Source of the DNA: Rebecca billardiae RCC1528
Taxonomy: Eukaryota > Protista > Haptophyta
Direction of reading: 5' to 3'
Assembly (NCBI GenBank): GCA_965240325.2
Contig: OZ251222.1
Location: 2,480,001 to 2,544,000 of the forward strand
DNA: 64,000 nucleotides
Both the position numbers and the translations under genes were made by a program. A model generated the notes under the pieces. That model saw nothing but the letters and a program-made list of their open reading frames with translations, made no database searches and was not told the origin of the DNA. How positions within the stretch are numbered: the first letter of the stretch is position 1; each line of letters opens with the position of its first letter. Positions 48,018-57,364 of the stretch are shown here, piece after piece.

Positions 48018-49263
48018 ATGGTGGCGCCACGCCTCATTCAGGTCGCCGCGCTGCTCGTGGCCCTCGCCTTGGTGACGCCCTCGGAGTGCAGCAGGCGACA
48101 CCGCCGCCACCGGGATGAGCCTGAACCGACGCCGACCCCTACGCCCACGCCCGTTCCCACACCTGAGCCCCCGCGGCTGCGGACGCCGGCGGCCGCGCCA
48201 GTCACCTACGCGCTGGGATGCGAGGACAACTCGGCGTGGAAGGACATTGATGGGAACGGATGCGACGTGTATGTGAGCGAGGGCTGGTGCGTTGGCTCGT
48301 ACTTCGCCCCAGGGTCCGAGGACAAGGCGGATGCGAACAGCAAGCCCGGGCCGGAGGACAGCTGCTGCGCGTGCGGGCGCGGGCGCGGCGGCTGCCTGCA
48401 GGCGCGCATCGATCAGTACTGCATGGAGCAGGGCGCGGGCGTGGTCGCGCGCAAGGCCCACCTCGTTTGGAACTGCTACGCCTACGTCGGCACCCGCTCG
48501 AGGCGGCAGTGCGTCAACACGGGCGGCTGGGACGAGGACTGCGCCGAGGGCCTCAGCGCGGCGGACGAGCCGGTCAAACACAACGACGCGATCCACGCGC
48601 TGCTGCGCGAGGGCTGCGTCTCGAAGAAGGAGCACGAGGAGCGCAAGCACGAGCGAGAGGCGGCGAAGCGCGAGGAGCACAAGGCGAAGGAGAGCGGCGA
48701 GGTCTACGGCTCGTGCATGCAGGAGGCGATGGACGCGCTCTGCTCGGAGGAGTTTGCGCCGGGCGCCGTCTCGCGCCGCGCGTACGCGCAGTACTACTGC
48801 TGCACCAAGACCGTCGACCCGGCCGAGGCGACGCCCGAGCAGTCGCTCGCGTGCGTGGATAAGAACGGCTACTTTGTCGAGTGCGCGCCGTGCGACACGA
48901 GCGACGAGACCAGCTTCGCCATCATGTCGAAGCAGCTCCGCGCGGTGATGTGGAACGGCTGCAGGAGCAAGCTGAGCGCGCTGCCGAGCGCGCGCGCGGC
49001 GGCGCTCGGCGTGGGCACGGGTGCGCGCAGCCCTCGTGCACGCGCGTGACCGGACAGCGCGGTAAGTCTGCGCGTGCGTCCGCCGTGTCTCGGCGCCGGC
49101 TCACCCCCCTTGCCCCTCCCACCACCCTGCAGGCGCGCTGGCCCGACTGGCGCTGGGCGCGCTGATCGTCGCCTCACTCGCGGTGGCGACGGCGGCCCTC
49201 GTCAGGCGCGCGCGCTCGCTTCGTGCGGCCGAGCACGTGGCAGCGGACGTCGAGCTCGAATGA
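48018..49263 (+). CDS. Type-I membrane Cys-rich protein with two MAR-like repeats (intron 49021-49132)
   Basis: Signal peptide, PT linker, Cys module C.D…W.D..G.GC..Y…CCACG and two homologous Cys repeats. The spliced last exon encodes TM LALGALIVASLAVATAALV plus a short tail and TGA at 49261-49263. Confidence 0.8.
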
Positions 49264-50265
49264 TCGGCAAGACGTTCATCCATGCGCATCGGCCGAGTCC
49301 CAGGTGCGTAGCCTGGACCGGGACTCGCGTTTTGGCACAGGACCACGCCCATCGCTTTGTCGTACGCTGTACCGTGGTCCGCGTGTGCGCCGTGCCCGGC
49401 GCTACTTATAATGCTACTATCTATGCCTAGCTAGCTTGATAGTTCATTGATGATCGTAGTAATTAACTTACGCGCGAGTAGCTATCGTGATATATCATCC
49501 TGCTAGTGTTCGACGAAGGCTTCACTGAGAACTTGCGCGCGGCGGCCCGGCGGCGCGATTCGCGAACATCAACATAAGTATATATATATATATATACTAG
49601 CTACTACGTCTACTAAGCCTGACCGACGACGAATAATCGCGCGACGATATTACTACAGTAGCTAGCAGACCGAATGCGTGCCTGCATCATTCGTCATCAT
49701 CATCAGCGCACTTCATGCGGTGACGATCAGATGGATGCTGATGAGTCAACTTATAAAAGAGTACTTGACGATTCGGATCTGCTGCCACTCTGAGGCGATG
49801 AGACTGGCGGGCTGATCGAGTGAGCCTGACGCCACGGACTCACTGACTCACTGAGACCGTCTGAGACGTGTCGTCAAGCACGGGCTTGAGCGGCCTAGTA
49901 ACGAGTAACGGCCAGTGCTTTCACTAGTGGAACTTGCTGAATCAGAGTTATCAGAGCCGCGCCCCGCTGCCCGGCCGGTCACCGCGGGCTCAGTCAGGCC
50001 GTCCGATGAGCGCGCAGCTTGCTGTATAGTGAGATGAAAAAAAGATTACGCAGTAGTTGATGACGAAGGCCTTCACCGATCGTCTCACTTCTGCCTGCCT
50101 GCCTGACCATGGGCAGCTCTGCGGCGGCGCGCCCCGCGCCGCCCGCGGCGTGCCAGCGTCTGCCGCTGCGCCGCGCCAGCCGGCCGATGGGCTCCTGGCC
50201 TGGGACAGCTGGGTCGCGATTGTCATGGTCGTTGCCTCGCGCGCTAGCTACTGCCTACTGCACAC

Positions 50266-53200
50266 CTACTGGACCTTGTTGAGAATGTCCTCGGCCTGCG
50301 AGTGCATCGCACTCTCGGCGAGGGCGAGCAGCTTGTCAAAGCCGATGGCCTTCCACATGCGCTGCCACTCGTTGTCCACGGCCTTGGCGTCCAGCCCGTC
50401 GTGCTCGACGCGGTGCACCTGCTCGACACTCGCGCCGTACGGGTCGAGCCCAGCGGCCGTCGCGCGCGCGTGCAGCGCGGCCAGCTGCTCGTCCTGGTTC
50501 TCGGGCGTGCGCGAGAGGAAGTTGATCCCCTCGAAGATGCGCACGCCGCCGCGCTCGAGGCACTGGAACTGCAGCGCCTGCGTGTACTCGCCGCGCGCGT
50601 CCTTCTGCACGTCCACGATCACGTTGGGGAAGGTGAGCCCGAACCCGGACTCCTGTGCGGTCCAGGTGGCGGGCAGGCGGGCGGGCGGTTTGGGGGCGGA
50701 GAGCTCAGCTGGCGGGGTTGCGCGGCTGCGTGGCGCGCGGGCGCGCGGGCGCGCAAGCGCGCGGCGGCGCGCGCAACGCACCTGCAGCACGCCTGGCTTG
50801 GACGGGTCCACCTTGCCGTACAGGAAGTAGTGCGCGCCGTTGGCCGCGGGCGACTTGTCCCACGAGCGCGGCGCGGCGAGCGGCGCGGGCGCCTTCACCG
50901 CAAAGTCATCCACCCAGCGCTGCCCGTCCGCCGAGAGCTGGATGTCGAGTGTCGTGTCGTAGACCTCAGAGAACTGCGTCCAGTCGTGAAAGCCGAGCTC
51001 GTACCACCGCCCCTGGTACTTGGCCACGTCGAAGCCCTTCATCGACGGCTGCTGGATGTCCTGCACCGCCGGGCAGCCGCGCACGCCGTCGTCGAGCGCG
51101 AGGTTGTACGCGGTCAGCTCGCCGCGCCCGCCCACGCCCGCGGAGACGAAGCCGACGAACGCGGCGGCGAGCAGCGCGTTCGCCGCGGCGCGCAGCCGCG
51201 CGGACGCGCCGAGCGCGCCGAGCACGCCGACGTTCGCCAGCGCGAACGACGCGGGGACCAGCCCGCCGAGCAGCGGCCCGGGCCACGCGCCCGAGTGCAG
51301 CACCTCGGAGATCCACAGCGCCGGCTTGAGCAGAGGGTGCATGGCCGCAAAGAAGGCCCAGAACTTGATGGGTGCGAGGTCCGCGTCCATCGCGCCCGCG
51401 GCCCAGATGCGCTGCCAACCGTCGACCAGCGGGCCCCACGCGCCGAGGTTGGGGAGCGCGAGCGCGGCGCACGCGCCGGCGAGCGCGACGTTCGCCGCGA
51501 CCGATGCCGCGCCGCCCGCGCCGCCCTCGCGCGCCGCGGCCGCCAGCTCCTCCGAGCCGAGCGCGCGTAGCACGGCCAGTAGCCGGTCTGCGCACGCCGC
51601 GCGCTCCGCGGCGGGTACGAGCGGGTCGGCGGCGTTGAGCGTGAGGTGCAAGGCGCCGTCGACGGTGAGGCACGACCAGGGCAGCAGCGCGCCCGTCAGC
51701 GCGTGCGGCACCGCGAAGAAGACCGACTCGAGCTCGAGCGCGCCGGACGCGCCGTCCACCTCGTGCCGCGCGCTGCCGCCGTACACGCCCGCGTTTGAGA
51801 GACCCGCGCCGTACGCGCGGCCGAGCGTGAGCGGGTTGTCCGCCTCCATCTCGAGGAGCTTGGTCATCTCGAACGAGCGCGTCGCCCAGTCGAACACCAG
51901 CACCGAGTCGCGCACGAACGGCGACTCCTTCGTGAACGAGCGCACCTGCGCGGCGCTCTCGCGCGCCGCGCGCCACACGTCGCGCGCGGCGCCAAGTCGG
52001 CCGTCGGCGACCGCGGCGGCGGTCGTCCCCGCGCACGGCAGCACGACGTCGAGCGAGCCGGCCTGGCAGCACAGCGGCTCGGTGGCGGCGAAGCTGCCGA
52101 ACGCGCGCATGTCCAGCCCGAGGAGCACCTTGAGCGGGCTCTCCGCGCCGTCCGCCGGCCGGCAGAGCTCGGAGGCGACGGCCGCGGCCGCGGCGCTCAG
52201 CAGCGCACCCACGGTGACGCCCGCCTCGCGGCAGCGCGCGCGCAGCGCCTTGGTGGTCGGCGCGTCGAGGGTGCGGAACTCGGGGGCGGAGGCGCGCGAG
52301 GCGCGCTTGATCGACTCGTCCGCCGCGCGCTCGAGCAGCGGCGGCACGCTCGGCGGCAGCTCCCCCGCCGCGCCCTCGCCCAGCTTGCTCAGCAGGTACT
52401 GCTGCGTGCCGTGCTCGAGCGCGAGCAGCCCGGTCCCGCCCGTCTCCTCGGAGAAGAAGCCGACGGAGCGGGTGTCGCCGAGCACCGAGGCCTCGAGGCT
52501 GGGCGGCACCGCCGCCGCGCTCGTCTCGAGCGCCTCCGCGCCGCCCGCTCCGCCGCGCGCCTGCGCCACCGCCGCGTCCGCCAGGAAGGTGTCGAGCATC
52601 CGATTGGCCGAGACCTGGTCCGAAATCGCATGGTTGAACGCCCAGACCAGGCACGTGCGCGCGCGCGAGCGGAGGACGGTGAGGCGCCAGAGCGGGCCGT
52701 GCTCGCGCTCGAACTCGCCGAAGCGCACGTTGAGCTCGTCCGCGAAGCGCGCGCGCCACGCCGCCTCCAGCGCCGCCTCCTGCGAAGCGTCGTCGCCCTC
52801 GGCGCCGACGTCGCTGATGGTCACCGCGCGCGCGACGATGGACTCCGGTGTGGCGTCGGGGATCGGCGCGAAGCGCAGCGGGTTCGGATCGCCCACGCGC
52901 ACCATGTCGTCCCCCAGGAAGGGCAGCACGTTCGCCATCACCCCCGACGCCTGCACGGAGCCGATGCGAGTGTGGCGCTCGGGCTGGCCGTCGCCGACGA
53001 TGCGCCGCGCGAGCATGGGCTGCGAGGCGACGGCGCGGCGGGCGGCCTCGAGCAGCGCGGCGTCGGTCACGCGACCCTTCACCGTGGCGCACATCACGTG
53101 CGGCGTGTACGGCGTGGTGCACCCCTCCATCCGCCGAGGCGCAAAGAGGTTCTCCATGCTGCCCAGCTCGCGGTCCGTCGCCGGCTCTCGCGCGAGCGAG

Positions 53201-53358
53201 GCCGTCTCGCCCGCCGGCTGGCCGCTGGGCGTGCGCTCGCGGTCGACTGAGACGGCGCGGATGAGGCTGCGACGCGGAGCCACGCGCCGCACGCTCGCGA
53301 ACTCACCCCCGAGCACGAGGCCGAGGTGAAGCACCGACGTGATCACGAAGACCCCCAT
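50266..53358 (-). CDS. Fusion of a CoA-dependent HxxxD acyltransferase (condensation/alcohol-acetyltransferase fold), TM helices and a lipocalin domain (in-frame intron 50653-50781)
   Basis: GPLWRL, FNHAISD (HxxxD), CREAGVTVGALLSAA, DMR and LSNAG mark the acyltransferase. About 4 hydrophobic segments follow. The lipocalin has FDVAKYQGRWYE (SCR1) and NFLSRTP (SCR3). The N-terminus resembles a signal peptide plus an Arg-rich transit peptide. Confidence 0.8.
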   Translation of the reverse strand: MGVFVITSVLHLGLVLGGEFASVRRVAPRRSLIRAVSVDRERTPSGQPAGETASLAREPATDRELGSMENLFAPRRMEGCTTPYTPHVMCATVKGRVTDAALLEAARRAVASQPMLARRIVGDGQPERHTRIGSVQASGVMANVLPFLGDDMVRVGDPNPLRFAPIPDATPESIVARAVTISDVGAEGDDASQEAALEAAWRARFADELNVRFGEFEREHGPLWRLTVLRSRARTCLVWAFNHAISDQVSANRMLDTFLADAAVAQARGGAGGAEALETSAAAVPPSLEASVLGDTRSVGFFSEETGGTGLLALEHGTQQYLLSKLGEGAAGELPPSVPPLLERAADESIKRASRASAPEFRTLDAPTTKALRARCREAGVTVGALLSAAAAAVASELCRPADGAESPLKVLLGLDMRAFGSFAATEPLCCQAGSLDVVLPCAGTTAAAVADGRLGAARDVWRAARESAAQVRSFTKESPFVRDSVLVFDWATRSFEMTKLLEMEADNPLTLGRAYGAGLSNAGVYGGSARHEVDGASGALELESVFFAVPHALTGALLPWSCLTVDGALHLTLNAADPLVPAAERAACADRLLAVLRALGSEELAAAAREGGAGGAASVAANVALAGACAALALPNLGAWGPLVDGWQRIWAAGAMDADLAPIKFWAFFAAMHPLLKPALWISEVLHSGAWPGPLLGGLVPASFALANVGVLGALGASARLRAAANALLAAAFVGFVSAGVGGRGELTAYNLALDDGVRGCPAVQDIQQPSMKGFDVAKYQGRWYELGFHDWTQFSEVYDTTLDIQLSADGQRWVDDFAVKAPAPLAAPRSWDKSPAANGAHYFLYGKVDPSKPGVLQVRCARRRALARPRARAPRSRATPPAELSAPKPPARLPATWTAQESGFGLTFPNVIVDVQKDARGEYTQALQFQCLERGGVRIFEGINFLSRTPENQDEQLAALHARATAAGLDPYGASVEQVHRVEHDGLDAKAVDNEWQRMWKAIGFDKLLALAESAMHSQAEDILNKVQ

Positions 53359-53523
53359 CCTCGTTGAATCGTCGTCGGCGGAGTTCACGTCCGGCCGCCA
53401 GCCCACAAATTAGTGCGATGACAATTAGCCTGGGCTGATTTCTTTTCGCCGCCATTTTGCTTTTCTTCGGGCGAAAAATATTTAACGACGTGGTATGCGA
53501 AAAATATGCGAAAAATATGGATT

Positions 53524-54393
53524 CAATCTTTCATGAAAGATTGAAATGGCCATTGAAAGTTTCAGTATTTTTCATGAAAATTTCATGAAAAGTGAAAGAT
53601 TGTGAAGTTTTCACGTCCTGCGCTGCGGGAATTGATTTATTCCCGCAGCAGCAGTGAATAAAATGATTTTCCGCCCACCATGTCGGCGGCATCGCCCCGT
53701 GGGCGGAGCAAGGCCGGGCGCTACGGCGCGTGCGGCGCGTGAGGCGCGCGCACGCACGCGCGTGGCGCGCTCCACCTTGCTGAGCCCCGGCTTTTGTCCT
53801 GCTCCCTGGCTCCCTGCTGCGCGTCTCCGCGCCGCAGACTGACGGCGCCGACTACGACGAGCCGTGATCACACGGCGGCTCGGCGCGTGTGAGCCTGCTG
53901 TGTGAGCGAGCTCAGACGACCGAGGTCGAGGCTGACTTCGACCGGCTGCTGCAGGAGAAGCCTCAGCAGGAGCTCGAGGCTGAGAAGGCTGCCGAGCGCT
54001 TGCGGACGCTGACTCTGGACAACCGGGTGATGGATTCTACGGAGCCACGGTCGCCTTGGCGGTGCTCGGTGCTCTCGAGGCCCGAGATGTTGTTGAATGT
54101 TTCGCTGCAGGGTATATGAAGGGCTGACGGAAGGCATGCCGAGGATAGTAGCATGTTGCGCCAAGGCCGCATGCCGTGACAGTGACGATCCACGCGCTGT
54201 CGGCCAGCACCGCTGGCTTGCCGTGCGCAGCCGCGCCACGCGCGGCCATGCTGGCAAGGAATATATTTTCTGAGAAAATCACGTCATTTTTTATTCCCGC
54301 TGAGCAATCTTTCATGAAAGATTGGAATGGCCTTTGAAACTTTCAGTATTTTTCATGAAAATTTCATGAAATGAAAGATTGTGAAATATTTCA
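53524..54393. repeat. Pair of ~90-bp AT-rich palindromic direct repeats (53524-53613 and 54305-54393) bracketing ~690 bp
   Basis: CAATCTTTCATGAAAGATTG (a perfect 20-bp palindrome)…TTTCAGTATTTTTCATGAAAATTTCATGAAA…GAAAGATTGTGAA occurs twice. Confidence 0.85.
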
Positions 54394-54452
54394 GCCAGAT
54401 CCATAGCGAAAATGCGACGACGCGAGCGCGCATCTTGCTGCGTGGTCCCAGC

Positions 54453-55250
54453 ATGGCGTACGCCACGTCGCTCTCCGCGCTGGATGGCCTGATTGCAGCG
54501 GTCGCTGCAGGCAAGGTCGGAAGCGCCGCTTCAAACGGCGTTTGTGGCGTGCGCGCTCAGCCCAGCGCGCAGGCGAGTGCGCAGTCGGCCAAGCCAGCGA
54601 CAGGGAAGGGAGCCACGGCGGCGGGGGCTGGGCCTGCGCCGAAGGCCGAAGGGCCCCCGAAGGAGAAGAAGGAGAAGGCGCCCAAGGAGAAGGCCCCGAA
54701 AGCGGCTAAAGCGCCGAGCACGCCTGCGGCAGACCGCATCATCGACGTCTCCTGGCTCGACCTGCGCGTCGGCAAGATCCTCGAGGCCGAGCGCCACCCA
54801 GAGTCTGAGAAGCTCTACGTCGAGAAGATTGACGTGGGCGAGGCCGAGCCAAGGACGATCCTCTCGGGCCTCGCGCAGCACATCCCCCTGGACGACGTGA
54901 AGGGCGCACGCGTGGTCGTCGTCTGCAACCTCCCGGCCAGGCCGCTGGCCGGGATCCCATCGCACGGCATGGTGCTGTGTGCCTCAGAAGTAGATGCGCA
55001 GGGCAACAAGGCCAAGACGGAGTTCGTGATCCCACCTGATGCTGCCAAGGTGGGCGAGCGCATCAGCTTCGCCGAGTTCCCGGGCGAGCCAGAAGATGAG
55101 AAGAAAATCAAGAAGAAGAAGGTGTGGGAGGCGTGCGCCCCGGACTTGGCGACCAACGCGCAGGGAATCGCGTGCTACAAGGGCGCGCAGTGGACCACGT
55201 CGGCTGGCGCTTGCACCGCGGCAACTGTCAAGGGCGGCCCGATCTCATGA
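54453..55250 (+). CDS. tRNA-binding OB-fold protein (Arc1p/AIMP1-EMAPII-like) with a Lys-rich linker
   Basis: LDLRVGKI…HPESEKLYVEKIDVGEAEPRTILSGL…VVCNL.AR.LAGIPSHGMVLCAS…PP.A.VGER. Confidence 0.92.
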   Translation: MAYATSLSALDGLIAAVAAGKVGSAASNGVCGVRAQPSAQASAQSAKPATGKGATAAGAGPAPKAEGPPKEKKEKAPKEKAPKAAKAPSTPAADRIIDVSWLDLRVGKILEAERHPESEKLYVEKIDVGEAEPRTILSGLAQHIPLDDVKGARVVVVCNLPARPLAGIPSHGMVLCASEVDAQGNKAKTEFVIPPDAAKVGERISFAEFPGEPEDEKKIKKKKVWEACAPDLATNAQGIACYKGAQWTTSAGACTAATVKGGPIS

Positions 55251-55469
55251 TGATGATGTGAATAATTGATGACGTAATACTGCGCGGGCGCCCGGTGCCG
55301 TACGCCGGTCTGTTTTGTGGCGGTGTCTTTGTGCAGTGTTGGATGGCGTCAATCACGCCTTAACCAAGTGTGCACATTAAAACCGATATAGTCGTAAATA
55401 ACTGTATCGCAATAAATCGCTGGCGCCGGCCCAGTGGCCCCAGTTGTGCCGAAAGGTCATAAGGGGTTA

Positions 55470-55985
55470 AGCCACTATAACTGTCAGGCAGCCGCCATCG
55501 TGCGACGACGTGCCCACGCCCACGTGCGCGAATTTGTGCGACGTTCACAGCGACGAGGTCGCGGTCCCCGGCCGCTCCGACGCGCTCTTGACTTCCGCGT
55601 GGGACGTGCGGAGGTCAAGAACCCATCCTACTCGTCGACGGTGCCGACCTCGCAGCCCTGAACGTCGCACAAATTTGAGATTGGCACCTCTGGCGGGGGC
55701 CGCGACACGCATGCCAGGTCCGCGCGGCGCTCTGTGGGCAAGCGAGCCAAGGGGCGCAGCGAGTCCGGTGCGGCTGTCGTACGGGTCGAGCGCGAGCGCC
55801 GAGTCGCAGCCGCGCGCGCGCCGCGCCGCTGGCGCCGGGTCGCCCGGGGGAGAAGGCGCAGCTGCAGTGCTCCTCTGCCATCACGCGATCCGCCGGCAGA
55901 AAGACCAGACTTTGCGCCCAGTTTTGACCAAAACGATGGGTTTTTAACTCCGCGCGATCTGGGTAACCTGACACTTATAGTGGCT
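55470..55985. mobile_element. Non-autonomous TIR element containing a nested hairpin (55531-55675)
   Basis: AGCCACTATAACTGTCAGG (55470-55488) matches the reverse complement of CCTGACACTTATAGTGGCT (55967-55985) with 1 mismatch. The inner pair is AATTTGTGCGACGTTCA / TGAACGTCGCACAAATT. Confidence 0.65.
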
Positions 55986-56409
55986 CGGCCCTTTATCGGA
56001 CCGCGTTCCGCGGTCCTCTAAGTCCGTCAGAACCAACGTAGTTGGGGGCCCGCGGTGCAGCTATGCCACCCGCTCCGTCGCGGCACATTCTGTCTTCGGA
56101 GTTCGGTCTCGGTCTCGGACTGTCTGATGTAGCCACGCCGCGGTCGCCGCCGCGTCGTTGCAGTGCGAGGGCCGCTGCACGCGTTGGCGCCGCCGCGGCG
56201 GTGGACCGACGGGGCCGCGGTGCGCGAGGGCGACTGCGAGCAGCGGGGCGAGAGGGGAGCACGGCGTCGCCCGTAGCATATGCCACCTCGCCATCGTCGC
56301 GGAGACGCCGCTCGCAGATCAGCCTATAACCGGTGGCTGTCTCAGAACTACAGTGCTGAGTGGCACCTCGGACTCGGCGGTGACCAGACTCCAGAGTCGG
56401 TGGCAGGTC

Positions 56410-57165
56410 TCATCGCGCACCATCACCGCCAGCGGATTCTATACCAGTCGAGGACGCCTCCGTGCCAGCGAGTGCCGCCATCGAGTTTGTCCCGAGACTG
56501 CTCGAGACTGGCGTGCTCGAGTTGGGGAGACCTATCTTGGAGAGCACGAGCGCGTCCACGTGCCGGCTCGAGCGCGAGGTTTGGATCGTCGTGGCATTCC
56601 GCACTGGCGCCGAGGACGGGCGAATGCCGGCTGGTCTCACCTGCCGGCCGGGTTGTGGCGTCCGTGGAGTTCTCGAGGCGATACGCGGCGGCGGGCGCTC
56701 GGAGGGGACCAGGGTGACGTGGCCCAGCGCTACAGCCTTTCGTTCTTGCTGCTGGGGCGGCCTGGCGCGGCCACGATGCGGTCCACTCGTCGTCGTGCCA
56801 AGCTGCACCGCAGGGACCGAGCCCGTGTCAATGAAGTCGCGGTAGGCTGGGTACAGCCGCCCCTGAGGCGTGATGCCCACGCGCCCACGGGCACCCATGT
56901 GCATCTCGAGCTGCACCACGCGCTCGCGCACGGAGAGCAGTAGGTTGATCAAGTCGCGGTTCTGCCTGGCGAGCGCCGCGTTCATCTCCTCGCTCTCATC
57001 GAGCGCCCTGCGCATGGACTCGGCCTCCGCTTCGAGCGAGGCGCACAGCGCGTCGGCTTCTCGCGCCTTGCGCTGCGCGTAGAGGTGAAGTTGGACTGCG
57101 TGGTGTGCCTCTTCATCCGGGCTGCTGTTACGCGCAGTAGTACGATCAGCACGCCGGGCCGCCAT
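56410..57165 (-). CDS. Hypothetical coiled-coil protein
   Basis: ATG-initiated 251-aa ORF with a heptad-like N-terminal half (ALCASLEAEAESMRRALDESEEMNAALARQNRDLINLL). It is divergent from the aspartic protease gene. Confidence 0.55.
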   Translation of the reverse strand: MAARRADRTTARNSSPDEEAHHAVQLHLYAQRKAREADALCASLEAEAESMRRALDESEEMNAALARQNRDLINLLLSVRERVVQLEMHMGARGRVGITPQGRLYPAYRDFIDTGSVPAVQLGTTTSGPHRGRARPPQQQERKAVALGHVTLVPSERPPPRIASRTPRTPQPGRQVRPAGIRPSSAPVRNATTIQTSRSSRHVDALVLSKIGLPNSSTPVSSSLGTNSMAALAGTEASSTGIESAGGDGAR

Positions 57166-57364
57166 GGTTGATGCAGTGCTGCGGTTTTCGTTTTACACCG
57201 CCGGCCCCGGACCGGTCCAGTTTTATTCAGTTTTCGTTTTCCATCGGACCGTGGTCCTGTCCTTGCTTTTGCCTTTGCTTTTGGCTTTTGCCCCTCCCAA
57301 CTTCCATCTTCCGGGGCCTCCGGGGGGGTGGGTGGGTGAGATCAGACGCCGGTGGAGGAGGGAG

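Noticed and set aside
53524-54393. CRISPR array
   Set aside because: Only two long repeats, no regular spacers, no cas genes, and a eukaryotic context.
55360-55470. piggyBac-like TTAA-CC…GG-TTAA mini-element
   Set aside because: The termini are not convincingly inverted beyond 2 bp.
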